From: Chthonomonadales bacterium
GTDB taxonomy: Bacteria > Armatimonadota > Chthonomonadetes > Chthonomonadales > CAJBBX01
NCBI GenBank assembly: GCA_037443035.1
Contig: JBBIPC010000008.1
Location: 73,426 to 137,425, forward strand
Length of the DNA stretch: 64,000 bases
Reading direction: 5' to 3'
The notes under the pieces were generated by a model. The model did not search any database. It saw nothing but the letters and a program-made list of their open reading frames with translations, and was not told the DNA's origin. Every line of letters begins with the position of its first letter. Positions within the stretch are counted from its first letter, which is position 1. Position numbers and translations under genes: made by a program. This document shows, piece by piece, positions 1 to 10,109 of the stretch.

Positions 1-401
1 GGCCCGAGCCCGAGCGCGTGATCTCTCCCGCAACAGCATCGGCCATGCGGGAGTACCTTCGGGCAGTGGTTCAGATCGGCACGGGCAAGAATGCCGCCAT
101 CCCGGGTTATACAACCGGCGGCAAGACCGGCACAGCAATGAAGGTGAAACATGGCAGGTACGACGGGTATATTGCATCATTCATAGGCCTCGTCCCCGTC
201 ACCAAACCCCGCGCAGTGATTGCAGTCGTCGTGGATGAGCCCCACGGTGGCTATCACGGGTCACAAGCCGCAGCGCCGACTTGGGGACGTATCGCAGCGC
301 GGCTGATGGCGTACTGGCACGTTCCGCCTGAGCTAAGCGCCAAGGATGCTCCGCAGGGCGAGCGTCGAGGACAGAGCGGCCAAGCCCCCATAGGGGACTA
401 G
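1..401 (+). CDS. ftsI: Penicillin-binding protein (FtsI/SpoVD-type) transpeptidase, C-terminal fragment; 5' end lies outside the window
   Basis: KTG motif (GGKTGTA) followed by YIASFIG..P; the frame is open to the window edge; lies directly upstream of murE. Confidence 0.85.
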   Translation, partial: PEPERVISPATASAMREYLRAVVQIGTGKNAAIPGYTTGGKTGTAMKVKHGRYDGYIASFIGLVPVTKPRAVIAVVVDEPHGGYHGSQAAAPTWGRIAARLMAYWHVPPELSAKDAPQGERRGQSGQAPIGD

Positions 402-419
402 AAGCAGGATAACCATCCC

Positions 420-1913
420 ATGTATTCCACGAAAGGCATCACTCTCGGAGAGCTGGCTGAGCGCATAGACGGCGCCGTGCTAAGAGGGAAGCCGACTGTC
501 AGAGTCACAGGCGTCCAGCACGACTCGCGTGAGGTGCAGCCGGGCGATCTATTTGCCTGCATCGTCGGGCAGAGACACGATGGTCATGAGTACGCGGGCG
601 ATGCCGTAGCGCGTGGCGCCGTGGGACTGCTCGTATCGCGCGATCGCCCGACAGTCCTGCTACCGGACGTGCCGTGTCTGCTGGTCGAGGACACGCGTCT
701 AGCGCTGCCGGCGGCAGCATCGGCCGTCTTCGGGGAACCGAGTCGATCGCTGGAAGTCGTCGGCGTGACAGGTACCAATGGCAAGACTACGACAACAGCC
801 ATGGTGGAGGCTATTGCGCGTGCGACCGGTCGGAAGACGGGAAGGATCGGCACGCTTGGCGCGACGGCCCTGGGCGAGGACTTGCCGTGCGCCCACACCA
901 CACCAGAGGCAGATGATCTCCAGCGGCTCTTCGCTCTGATGCTGGAACGGGGCGTCACGACCGTGGCCATGGAGGTGAGTAGCCACGGTCTCGCCCTCCA
1001 TCGAACAGATTGCACAGCCTTCAGAGTCGGGGTCTTCCAGAACCTCACGCAAGACCACCTGGACTACCATGGCGATCTGAGTGCTTATTTCGCCGCGAAA
1101 CTGAGACTGTTCACGGAATACCCTCGCTGGTCACCTCACGGCTTCACAGCGGTCGTCAATCTGGACGATCCTCGAGGGTCCGAGGTTGCGCAGGCGACTG
1201 TTGGGCAAGTCATCACGTTCGGAACAAGCGCGAACGCCGATATACGGGCGAATGTCATCACTGCTCGTGCGGACGAGACCCGATTCTTGGTAGATGGTCT
1301 GTGCGGCCGAATGGAGATCTGCCTACCGATTGGAGGACTGTTTCAGGTCGCCAACGCCCTGGGTGCTATTGGCGCCGCCATGGCCCTCGGGTTCTCAGCT
1401 TCTTCGATCGTGACGGGGTTGCACTCCATGCGACCCGTGCCTGGTAGGTTCGAAGCCGTGCCGACTGGCAGGCCATGGAGCGTCATCGTGGACTTCGCTC
1501 ATACGCCGGATGGCCTGCAATCGCTGCTTACCTCTGCACGTGCCCTGAAGCCGTCGAGGCTGATACTAGTCTTCGGCTGCGGTGGTAATCGCGATCGCAC
1601 CAAGCGGCCCATCATGGGTCGCATCGCCGGCGAAGGAGCCGACGTGGTCGTCGTCACCTCTGACAACCCGCGACACGAGAAGCCAGAGGACATCATTCAG
1701 GAAATCCTGCCTGGCATTAGAGGCACAGATGCGGAAGTGCATGTCGAACCAGACCGTCGGAAGGCCACTCACCTGGCCCTCAGCCTTGCCCGTGGAGGCG
1801 ACCTGGTACTCCTCGCGGGAAAGGGTGGCGAGCGGGAGATGATCGTCGGCGATGAGCGGATACCCTACGACGACACGGTCGTCGTCCGTGAACTACTGGA
1901 GCAGCTCCCGTGA
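420..1913 (+). CDS. murE: UDP-MurNAc-tripeptide ligase MurE, meso-DAP type
   Basis: GVTGTNGKTTT P-loop, TTPEA, MEVSSH, NLTQDHLDYH, DFAHTPD, GCGGNRD, and the DNPR motif typical of DAP-adding MurE. Confidence 0.97.
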   Translation: MYSTKGITLGELAERIDGAVLRGKPTVRVTGVQHDSREVQPGDLFACIVGQRHDGHEYAGDAVARGAVGLLVSRDRPTVLLPDVPCLLVEDTRLALPAAASAVFGEPSRSLEVVGVTGTNGKTTTTAMVEAIARATGRKTGRIGTLGATALGEDLPCAHTTPEADDLQRLFALMLERGVTTVAMEVSSHGLALHRTDCTAFRVGVFQNLTQDHLDYHGDLSAYFAAKLRLFTEYPRWSPHGFTAVVNLDDPRGSEVAQATVGQVITFGTSANADIRANVITARADETRFLVDGLCGRMEICLPIGGLFQVANALGAIGAAMALGFSASSIVTGLHSMRPVPGRFEAVPTGRPWSVIVDFAHTPDGLQSLLTSARALKPSRLILVFGCGGNRDRTKRPIMGRIAGEGADVVVVTSDNPRHEKPEDIIQEILPGIRGTDAEVHVEPDRRKATHLALSLARGGDLVLLAGKGGEREMIVGDERIPYDDTVVVRELLEQLP

Positions 1914-2905
1914 CGGTGATGGGCGGACTGAGCACGTCGCTCTTCTGCATGGTGCTCTCGATCGTCGCGACCATAGCCGCGGGCTACCCGCTGCTGCGCT
2001 CGCTGACCAAGGCTGGCATTCGGCAAAGCGTGTCTTCCGATGCACCCGGACGTCATGCCTCGAAAGAAGGTACGCCCACCATGGGGGGCCTGACCATGGC
2101 AGTTGGGCTCGTTGCGGGCGGAGCGGCGCTAGCGCTAATGGGTCGGTGGAACCGAGATGTGGCAGCCGCAGGGATAGTCTCGTTGGCATTTGGCTGCATC
2201 GGCTTCCTCGATGATTACCTGATCGTTAGACGCGGACGCAATCTCGGTCTCACGGCGCGGCAGAAGCTTGCCCTGCAGTTCTGCGTAGCGGCCGTCTTCA
2301 CCGCCTGGCTGCGTTCCGTGCGAGGTACGGAGAGCGGTACGACGGTGGCAGGGCTGGATCTTGGCGTGTGGTACTACCTTATTGCCGTGCTTCTCGTGGT
2401 AGGCCTGAGCAACGCAACCAATCTGGCGGATGGTCTCGACGGGCTTTCGGCGGGAATGAGCGCCATCGTATTCATCGGTCTTGGCATGCTAGGCGGAACT
2501 CCATCACCGGCAGCGTGGATACTCGCTGGTGCGTGTGCGGGCATGCTCTGGTTCAACTTGCATCCAGCTCTCGTTTTCATGGGGAACACCGGCGCGCTGG
2601 CTCTGGGGGCAGCCATGGCCACCATCGGTCTGCTAGGACGCCATGAGCTTCCACTTCAGCTAGCGGCCATCGTCTTCTGGGCGGAGACCCTTTCCGTCAT
2701 GGCACAAGTCCTGGTCTTCAAATGGCGCAAGCGGGCGCATGGCGTGGAATACGCGCGGGCGCATCGGCTGTTTCGTCGGGCGCCGCTGCATCATCACCTG
2801 GAGGAGATCGGATGGCCGGAGACGAGGATCGTGGGTCGCCTGTGGCTCATCACCGGCCTGTCAACGGTGCTCGCTGTTCTGTGGGCGAGGACAGGCTGGG
2901 CATAG
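1910..2905 (+). CDS. mraY: Phospho-MurNAc-pentapeptide transferase MraY
   Basis: KEGTPTMGG, GFLDDY, NATNLADGLDGL, APLHHH; polytopic membrane protein; GTGA overlap with murE. Confidence 0.95.
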   Translation: MTVMGGLSTSLFCMVLSIVATIAAGYPLLRSLTKAGIRQSVSSDAPGRHASKEGTPTMGGLTMAVGLVAGGAALALMGRWNRDVAAAGIVSLAFGCIGFLDDYLIVRRGRNLGLTARQKLALQFCVAAVFTAWLRSVRGTESGTTVAGLDLGVWYYLIAVLLVVGLSNATNLADGLDGLSAGMSAIVFIGLGMLGGTPSPAAWILAGACAGMLWFNLHPALVFMGNTGALALGAAMATIGLLGRHELPLQLAAIVFWAETLSVMAQVLVFKWRKRAHGVEYARAHRLFRRAPLHHHLEEIGWPETRIVGRLWLITGLSTVLAVLWARTGWA

Positions 2906-2960
2906 CTCGGGAAGATGCGGCATAGGGACACCTGGACACGACCAATAAGGAAAGAAGTAA

Positions 2961-4388
2961 GTGACACTGGCACTTAGAACGAAGCAGTTCATGGGTCGGC
3001 GCGTTGCAGTCATCGGCGCTGCACGCACGGGCAGAGCGGTGTCTGCCGTCTTGACCAGGCTCGGCGCGACGGTGCGGCTGAGCGATGCAAAGTCCCCCGA
3101 GGAGCTGGCGGAGGATTATCGAGAGGCATCGGCACTAGCGGTGGAAGTCCTGGCGGGCGCTTCGCCGGAAGCGGCGCTGGAAGGCGTTGATCTCGTAGTC
3201 CCGTCGCCGGGCGTGCGCCGCAACTCGCCGACCCTTCGGCTCGCCATGGAGCGGAGCATTCCCATCCTTTCGGAAGTCGAGATTGCATATCGTATTGCGC
3301 GCTGCCCCATCCTCGCCGTGACCGGTACCAACGGGAAGAGCACTACCGTCGTCTGGCTGGCGCGGATGCTGCAGACGTCGGGTTACCGCGCCCACATTGC
3401 TGGTAACATCGCCACGGACACGATCCAGCGTACGCTCATAGATGCCGCCGAAGAGGCCGAAGAGCAAGACGTCATCGTGGCCGAAGTCAGCTCGTTCCAA
3501 CTCGAGTGGGTGGAGAGATTCAGGCCGAAGATCGGAGTGCTCACGAACATCCGGCGCGACCATCTGGCAGCGCACGGTGGTTTCGAAGCCTATGCGGCGT
3601 GCAAGGCGCGCATGTTCGCGGCACAGAGGCCGGATGACATCGCCATCCTGAACGCAGTCAACGCTCCTAGCAGGCGTGTTGCGGCCAATCTCCGGTCGCG
3701 CGTGGTCTGGTTCGACCGCGGTCACTGCGAGTCAGAGGAGTGGGCGTCTGTCCGAGATCAGTATCTGACGGTTCGTCTCAAGGGCTCCGAGTACAGACTC
3801 GTTCATGTAGACGAGCTGCAACTCCCGGGCCGACACAACGTGGAGAACGCGCTCGCTGCGTCGGCCGCAGCGTTGGCCTACGGAGCGGATCCTGAGGCAG
3901 TGGCTGTGGAGCTTCGGGCGTTCGACGGCTTGGATCATCGAATGGAGATCGTCGCCGAGCATGGGGGCGTCACATTCATCAACAGCTCCATGACTACCAA
4001 TGTGGATTCGGCTGTCCGTGTCCTGGAGACTGTGGGTCGGCACATTATCCTGATTGCTGGCGGCGCACCCAAGGGCGAGGACTTCGGTCCGCTCGGGCGT
4101 GCCATGGCGAGGTATGTGAATCACGCCATCCTCATTGGAGAAGCAGCGCCCGTCATCGAAACGGCGGCGTTCGACGCGGATTTTCACAACGTCAGTCGGG
4201 CAGATAGCCTCGAAGACGCCGTACGTCAGGCAGCACTACGCGCACGACCCGGCGACACAGTGCTTCTCGCCCCTGCGTGTGCTAGTCACGATATGTTTCG
4301 CGATTTCCAGGAGAGGGGACGGGTCTTCCGATATGCCGTGGCCCAGTTGATGGCCGAAGAATCCGGCGGTATGGCTGACGAACCATGA
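2961..4388 (+). CDS. murD: UDP-MurNAc-L-Ala:D-Glu ligase MurD (divergent C-terminal motifs)
   Basis: VVPSPG, AVTGTNGKST, EVSSFQLE, LLAPACAS.DMF; position between mraY and ftsW. Confidence 0.92.
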   Translation: MTLALRTKQFMGRRVAVIGAARTGRAVSAVLTRLGATVRLSDAKSPEELAEDYREASALAVEVLAGASPEAALEGVDLVVPSPGVRRNSPTLRLAMERSIPILSEVEIAYRIARCPILAVTGTNGKSTTVVWLARMLQTSGYRAHIAGNIATDTIQRTLIDAAEEAEEQDVIVAEVSSFQLEWVERFRPKIGVLTNIRRDHLAAHGGFEAYAACKARMFAAQRPDDIAILNAVNAPSRRVAANLRSRVVWFDRGHCESEEWASVRDQYLTVRLKGSEYRLVHVDELQLPGRHNVENALAASAAALAYGADPEAVAVELRAFDGLDHRMEIVAEHGGVTFINSSMTTNVDSAVRVLETVGRHIILIAGGAPKGEDFGPLGRAMARYVNHAILIGEAAPVIETAAFDADFHNVSRADSLEDAVRQAALRARPGDTVLLAPACASHDMFRDFQERGRVFRYAVAQLMAEESGGMADEP

Positions 4389-5530
4389 ACACGGAACGAT
4401 TGCTGCAGACTACCTCGATCCTTGCATGCGTAGCGGTCGTGGTGCTGACGGGTATGGGTATTCTCATGACACAAGCAGCGAGCAACCCCGCTCAGTTGGG
4501 GGTGACCCCATGGCACACCGCACCTGTCGTCAAGCAGATCCTGGCTGCAGTCATAGGACTGGCCGTCATGTTCGTCATGTCGCGCGTTACATACGACCAG
4601 TTGCGGCAGGCAGCGTTGCCGTTTCTACTTGTCTGCGGCGTCATGCTGGTGCTTGTCTTCGTGCCGGGTGTACGCGCGCCCATTGGTACGTTCTACAGAC
4701 GCATTGGCTATGCGAGTTGGACCGTCCAGCCCAGCGAATTCGCCAAGCTGGCCCTGGTACTGTTTCTTGCGAGCCACTTGTGCGTGCGGAGGCGTGACCC
4801 GACCGCTCGGAAGACGCTGGGGGGTGCCCTCTTTGCGATACTCGCCGTAGCGCTTCTCGTAGAGCGGGAGCCGGATCTCGGAACGGCCATCGTCATCGTC
4901 CTGACGGGCTTCACAGTACTCTACGTTGCCGGTGCAAAGACCAGGCATCTTGCGGCCGTGCTCGCGACCTTGATGGTTATCGGCTTGGCCTCGGTGGTGC
5001 TTGGCGACAGAATAGGGGCGGGGCACCGGACCAGCAGGTTCGCGGGGTGGTGGGATCCCGAAGGCCACGCGAGGGACGCAGGATATCAAGTGCTTCAGAG
5101 CCTAATCTCGATATCGGCATCGGGTCTCCGTGGCACCGGGCTGGGAGCGGGAGAGCTGCGCTTCTACATTCCGGCATCGAATACAGACTACGTCATGGCT
5201 GCCGTCGCTGAGGAGATGGGGATCATGGGGATCCTCGTAGTAGCGATTTGCATCGCGGTCATCGTCCTGCATGCCCACCTGATCGTCGTGCACAACAGGG
5301 ATCCTTTCGTGCGATATACCGCCGCCGGGATCGGAGCGATGATCATGTGGCAGGCCATCATCAACGTGGCTGTCGTGACGAACTGTATTCCCTGCACGGG
5401 AGTCACCATGCCGTTCATCAGCTTCGGCACCTCTTCCCTCGTTGCTATGTCCGCCGCTGTTGGGATTCTTCTGCGCCCCATACCGCTGGAAGCCCTTTTC
5501 GGGCGGACAGTGGCGAGGGCTTCGTCATGA
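4385..5530 (+). CDS. ftsW: SEDS family peptidoglycan polymerase FtsW
   Basis: QPSEFAK, EPDLGT, GYQ..QS, TDY..A..AEEMG, P.TGVTMPFIS; ATGA overlap with murD. Confidence 0.93.
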   Translation: MNTERLLQTTSILACVAVVVLTGMGILMTQAASNPAQLGVTPWHTAPVVKQILAAVIGLAVMFVMSRVTYDQLRQAALPFLLVCGVMLVLVFVPGVRAPIGTFYRRIGYASWTVQPSEFAKLALVLFLASHLCVRRRDPTARKTLGGALFAILAVALLVEREPDLGTAIVIVLTGFTVLYVAGAKTRHLAAVLATLMVIGLASVVLGDRIGAGHRTSRFAGWWDPEGHARDAGYQVLQSLISISASGLRGTGLGAGELRFYIPASNTDYVMAAVAEEMGIMGILVVAICIAVIVLHAHLIVVHNRDPFVRYTAAGIGAMIMWQAIINVAVVTNCIPCTGVTMPFISFGTSSLVAMSAAVGILLRPIPLEALFGRTVARASS

Positions 5531-6606
5531 AAGTCGCCATTACGGGCGGCGGCACGGGCGGGCATATCTACCCGGCACTCGCCGTCGGCGAGTTCCTGTC
5601 ACGCACGTACCCCGACGTTCGTGTTTGCTTCATCGGCGCATCTGGAGGGATGGAGGAGCGGCTCGCGCAGTCGAGCGGTTTCCCTTTCTCGGGCGTGGTG
5701 GCACGGAAGATACGCAGGCTTATCTCGCCGGACACCGTGGTGACGCTGCTCGTCCTTGGCAGGGGATGGCTGCAGGCGCGTCGCCATCTGCGGACGATCT
5801 CGCCGAGTGTCGTGTTGGGTACGGGCGGTTACGTGGCCGCCGCCACGGTCATTGCAGCCAGCGGTCTCGGCTTGCCCGTCGTCATTCATGAGCAGAACGC
5901 CATCGGCGGTAGGACGAACCGATGGCTCGCACGCCTGGCAGCACGCGTCTGTCTAACCTACGAGGAAAGCCTGCCTAACTTCCCTCGGGAACGTGCCGTT
6001 GTCACTGGATTGCCTATTCGCGCCGATCTGGTGGGGACAGTGGAGCGAGGGGAGGCACACCGAGCGCTCGGAGTACCGCCCGAGAGCTTCATGGTTCTTG
6101 TGCTTGGAGGGAGTCAGGGAGCACAGGCGCTGAACAAGGTAGTACGGGAGGCCATATCGCGCCTTCCGGACAACGTGTTTGTCTTGCATCAGACGGGACC
6201 GACGGACGCCGATCCTTGTGGAAGCCGAGAGCGGTACCGGCCGGTAGCCTTTCTCGACACGAAGATGCTGCGATTGGCCTACCACGCGGCGGACTTGGCC
6301 CTCAGCCGTTGCGGAGCGTCCACGCTGGCGGAACTCGCAGTAGCCGGGCTGCCAGCCATGCTCGTGCCGTATCCGGCAGCGTATGCGGACCATCAGACGG
6401 CCAATGCACGGGTTGTGGTGCGCCATGGCGCTGCCGTGCTGATACCGCAGGCAGAGCTGACCCCTGCTCGCTTCGTCGGAGAGGTCATCGCGCTCATGGA
6501 GGATCGCGAACGCCTCGAGAGCATGGCTCGCGCATCAGCAGCGCTCGCCAGACCCAACGCGGCGGAGCAGGTCGGGAGGTTGGTGATCGAGTGCGCGAAG
6601 AAGTGA
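5527..6606 (+). CDS. murG: Lipid II GlcNAc transferase MurG
   Basis: MKVAITGGGTGGHIYP, GTGGYV, HEQN, GGSQGA, DHQ..NA; start moved to ATG 5527, which overlaps the ftsW stop. Confidence 0.97.
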   Translation: MKVAITGGGTGGHIYPALAVGEFLSRTYPDVRVCFIGASGGMEERLAQSSGFPFSGVVARKIRRLISPDTVVTLLVLGRGWLQARRHLRTISPSVVLGTGGYVAAATVIAASGLGLPVVIHEQNAIGGRTNRWLARLAARVCLTYEESLPNFPRERAVVTGLPIRADLVGTVERGEAHRALGVPPESFMVLVLGGSQGAQALNKVVREAISRLPDNVFVLHQTGPTDADPCGSRERYRPVAFLDTKMLRLAYHAADLALSRCGASTLAELAVAGLPAMLVPYPAAYADHQTANARVVVRHGAAVLIPQAELTPARFVGEVIALMEDRERLESMARASAALARPNAAEQVGRLVIECAKK

Positions 6607-8003
6607 CCCGCCGGCGAGTTCACTACATCGGTATCAGCGGCATCGGCATGAGCGCGCTCGCGCAGATTGATCTGTTGCGCGGTCGGATTGTTTCTGGTTC
6701 CGACCTCATGCCAGGTGCGATGGCCGAGAAGTTGAGGGCCATGGGCGCTACCGTCTTCGTGGGCCACGACGCGAACAATGTGCGCGCGACCAAACCCGAC
6801 GTTGTGGTGTTCACCGACGCGGTTCGTGAAGACAACCCGGAGGTTCAGGAAGCGCGCCGTCGCAACGTGCCCGTCGTCCGCCGCGCAGAATACCTCGGCA
6901 CGGTGATGGAAGGCTTCGCCGGGCCGCGGATCGCCGTGGCTGGCACCCATGGAAAGACGACGACGACTGCTATGCTGGCCGAAGTCCTTGTCAGTGCTGG
7001 CTTGGATCCAACGGTGCTCGTGGGCGGTGAATATGGCCCCTTTCAGGGGAACCTGCGGCTTGGTTCCGGTGAGGTGTTTGTCACCGAGGCTTGCGAGGCG
7101 TTCCGGTCGTTTCACGCCTTGCATCCCGACGTCGCCATCATCACAAACGTAGAAGCTGACCATCTCGACTGCTACGGCACCATGGAAGGGGTCGTAGAAG
7201 GTTTCGTGACGTTCGTTCGAGGTGTCAGGCCGGAGGGCGTTGTTATCATCGGGGTGCTGAGCAGTACCGAAGATGCTGTGGCCGAGGCGGCTCGGGGCTG
7301 TGGGTTTCGGGTCGTGCGTTTCTCACTTGGCGAGGATGCTCGAGCCGATGTCTGGGCGGACGACGTTGCGTTGGAACGAGGTGGAGCATCGTTCACGCTG
7401 CGCGGCCGTCACGTGCCCACGCCAGGGCTTCGGGCTATGCTGCACGTTCCTGGAGAGCACAACATTCGCAACGCGCTGGCGGCCTACGGCGCTGCTCTGG
7501 TCATGGGGCTGGACCTGGCGGCGGTTACGGGAGGGCTGGCACGTTTCCGGGGCGTCGGCAGAAGGTTCGAGATGCTCGGTGTGCGTAGCGGCGTGCAGGT
7601 CATTGATGACTACGCACACCATCCCACCGAGATACGGAGCACTCTGCACGCTACTCGTGCCTCCTATCCTGGTCGGCGTCTCGTCGTGGTTTTCCAGCCG
7701 CACCTTTTCAGCCGGACGCGCGACTTCCTGCGAGAATTCGCCGTGGTGCTGAGCGAGGCGGACCTGGTCATTCTGACGGACATCTACCGCGCCCGGGAAG
7801 ACCCGATAGATGGGGTGGAAATCACTTCGCTGGCTCAACAATGTGCTAGCGTGGCACCTGAATTGCAGCTTCTCGTCGAGCGCGATAAGGACCGCATTCC
7901 TGACATACTGGAGCGAATCACTCGACCCGGCGACATTGTGCTGACGGTAGGAGCCGGCGACATCCGACAGGTCGGCGAGGTCTACTTGGCGCGAGGAGCA
8001 TGA
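6603..8003 (+). CDS. murC: UDP-MurNAc:L-Ala ligase MurC
   Basis: HYIGISGIGMS, AGTHGKTTTT, EADHLD, DDYAHHPTE, FQPHLFSRT, GAGDI; start moved to GTG 6603, which overlaps the murG stop. Confidence 0.97.
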   Translation: MTRRRVHYIGISGIGMSALAQIDLLRGRIVSGSDLMPGAMAEKLRAMGATVFVGHDANNVRATKPDVVVFTDAVREDNPEVQEARRRNVPVVRRAEYLGTVMEGFAGPRIAVAGTHGKTTTTAMLAEVLVSAGLDPTVLVGGEYGPFQGNLRLGSGEVFVTEACEAFRSFHALHPDVAIITNVEADHLDCYGTMEGVVEGFVTFVRGVRPEGVVIIGVLSSTEDAVAEAARGCGFRVVRFSLGEDARADVWADDVALERGGASFTLRGRHVPTPGLRAMLHVPGEHNIRNALAAYGAALVMGLDLAAVTGGLARFRGVGRRFEMLGVRSGVQVIDDYAHHPTEIRSTLHATRASYPGRRLVVVFQPHLFSRTRDFLREFAVVLSEADLVILTDIYRAREDPIDGVEITSLAQQCASVAPELQLLVERDKDRIPDILERITRPGDIVLTVGAGDIRQVGEVYLARGA

Positions 8004-8842
8004 GCATGAGGCGATCGGCGCGCAAGAGCGCATCGGCGGACCGGTCACGGCGTCCACCTCGTCGCTGGTGGACGGCACCGTGGCTTCACGGACGCAACAT
8101 CGCGCGGACACTTGGCATCGGGGCGGTCGGCACGTGGGTGGTCGCCTTTGTAGCATCACCGGCCATGACCGTGCGAAGCATGAGCGTCCAGGTCTACGGC
8201 GCGGCGGAGCCACATGAGATCAGGGCCATCGTCCGTTCATCTGCCATACCACGACATACACGGCTGCTGCAGGTGCGCGCTGGGGATCTGGAGCGCCGCC
8301 TGGCGCAGTGGCCATGGGTCGCGGGTGCCCGTGTGCACCGCGATGTGTGGACACGCTCGATACGCCTATCCGTTACGGTACGCGAACCAACAGTGGCACT
8401 CGAATGCAGTGGCCGACGTTGGGAGCTGGATGACGAAGGGCATGTGATCCGTCCTCTTCGACGCGGACAGAGGTTGACTGTGGTTCTTGCGGAAGTACCT
8501 GTCAAGATCGTCCAGGGACAGCAGATAAGCTCGGAAGAGATCCTGGGAGGTCTAGCAGCCGCGAGGCTGAGCCGGGCGGTACCGTGCCTGCGCGGGGCCA
8601 GAATCAACGTTGACCAAAGTGCTGCCATATGCTTTAATAGCATTGATGGCGTCGAAATCAGGGCTGGCGACGCAGGCAATCTGCCGACAAAGCTCGCTGT
8701 AGTTCAGCGCGTCTACGACCTCGCAGAGAGGGAGCATTGCCGCGTCCGAGACCGACTAGTCGCCATTGATGTTTCCGTACCGCGGCATCCAGGCGGACTA
8801 CCCGTACCGCGAGAGGACCGTTTCGCGGCGCGCCGGATGTAG
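8000..8842 (+). CDS. ftsQ: Cell division protein FtsQ/DivIB
   Basis: Basic N-terminus, single TM, POTRA-like segment (L...PWV..A.V.R...I...V.REP), terminal IDV motif; dcw position. Confidence 0.8.
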   Translation: MSMRRSARKSASADRSRRPPRRWWTAPWLHGRNIARTLGIGAVGTWVVAFVASPAMTVRSMSVQVYGAAEPHEIRAIVRSSAIPRHTRLLQVRAGDLERRLAQWPWVAGARVHRDVWTRSIRLSVTVREPTVALECSGRRWELDDEGHVIRPLRRGQRLTVVLAEVPVKIVQGQQISSEEILGGLAAARLSRAVPCLRGARINVDQSAAICFNSIDGVEIRAGDAGNLPTKLAVVQRVYDLAEREHCRVRDRLVAIDVSVPRHPGGLPVPREDRFAARRM

Positions 8843-8879
8843 TCGATCGACGTGACAGCCAGCGGTCCGAGGATGCGGT

Positions 8880-9683
8880 GTGTCGTGGCAATGGGTGCCC
8901 AGAAAGGGTGCAGGGTTGTTCACATCATCGCACCGTCATCAGCCATGGCTCTGGCAGGTGACGGCGTTGTGCTTCATACTCGGCCTCCTCGTGGCGGGAT
9001 CGCTCCAGACAGTGAGTACGATCCGCCGCTCTGGCACGGCGCCAGGCCGCGTGGGCTTCGGAGGCGGGATCAGTCCAAGCATGACGGCAACTCTGCGCCA
9101 ACGCGAGAAGGAGATCGCCGACCTGCGAGAGAAACAGACGGCACTGGAGAACGTACTCGCAGAGGGCAGCGGCAAGCTGCAGGCACTCAACGAAGAGCTT
9201 CAGAAAGTGAAGCTTCTGAGTGGTCTGACCGAGGTGGAGGGGCCGGGCATCTTCATGATGCTGCAAGACTCCAAACGCCGGTCCAACAGAGCCTTCGAGT
9301 CCGAGCGCCTCATTGTCCACGACTACGACCTCCAGATGCTAGTGAATGAGTTGACCGCCAGTGGGGCCGAAGCCATTTCGATCAACGGTCAGCGGGTCAT
9401 CTCGCGGACAGCCATCCGGTGCGTTGGTCCGGCGATCATGGTGAACAGCGTGCCCGTAGTGCCCCCCTTCGAAATACTGGCCATCGGCGATCCTGGTACC
9501 CTGGCAGGTGGACTGAACCTACCAGGAGGGTATCTGGACGATCTGCGAGCCACCGATCCTGCCATGTTTCGCCTGGAGAGGCGCGAGCGGGTGCGCGTGC
9601 CGGCATACACAGGCAGCACGGAGGTACGATGGGCGAAGCCAGTTGTTGACAGCTCGAGAGGAAAGGAAGCGAGCAAGAAGTGA
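8880..9683 (+). CDS. DUF881 (YlxW/YlxX-like) membrane-anchored coiled-coil protein
   Basis: TM, coiled coil, GLTEVEGPGI, VHDYDL...VNEL...GAEAISINGQR, I.CVGP, PPFEILAIGDP. Confidence 0.9.
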   Translation: MSWQWVPRKGAGLFTSSHRHQPWLWQVTALCFILGLLVAGSLQTVSTIRRSGTAPGRVGFGGGISPSMTATLRQREKEIADLREKQTALENVLAEGSGKLQALNEELQKVKLLSGLTEVEGPGIFMMLQDSKRRSNRAFESERLIVHDYDLQMLVNELTASGAEAISINGQRVISRTAIRCVGPAIMVNSVPVVPPFEILAIGDPGTLAGGLNLPGGYLDDLRATDPAMFRLERRERVRVPAYTGSTEVRWAKPVVDSSRGKEASKK

Positions 9684-10066
9684 CCTGGCTCTTGCCTATC
9701 GGTGCCATGTTCCTGGGCATCCTGGTCGGGTGGATCGGTTTCAGCCGCGTGAGCATTCCCGGCGAACTCGCCGGCATCTACGCCCCCTATCTGTCGCTAG
9801 CGACGCTTGCGGGACTCGACACCTTGCTGGGAGGCATTCGCGCTGGGATCGAGGGACGGTTCCAGGACGATATTTTCGTGAGCGGCTTTGTTCTGAACAC
9901 GCTGCTGGCAGCCGGGCTGGCGTATCTTGGCGATCGGATTGGGGTAGACCTATTTCTTGCCGCGGTCGTCGCGCTGGGCAGTCGCGTATTCCTCAACCTC
10001 TCCCTCATTCGGCGGTACTACCTAACGAACCTCACGCTGGCGCGCCGGAAGGAGGGTTCATCGTGA
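9680..10066 (+). CDS. sbp: DUF1290 small basic membrane protein (Sbp)
   Basis: Y..YLS.A.LAGLD...GGIRA, F...FVSGF..N, LGDRIGVDL..A....G.RVF.NL..IRR. Confidence 0.9.
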   Translation: MTWLLPIGAMFLGILVGWIGFSRVSIPGELAGIYAPYLSLATLAGLDTLLGGIRAGIEGRFQDDIFVSGFVLNTLLAAGLAYLGDRIGVDLFLAAVVALGSRVFLNLSLIRRYYLTNLTLARRKEGSS

Positions 10067-10109
10067 CGCGGCTGTGTGGTGGAGCCAGGGAGCGTGATGG
10101 GAGGCAACG

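Noticed and set aside
5248..6602. N-terminal extensions of murG (from 5248) and murC (from 6216) in the ORF track
   Set aside because: They overlap upstream genes by hundreds of bases; the starts at 5527 and 6603 overlap the upstream stops and match family N-termini
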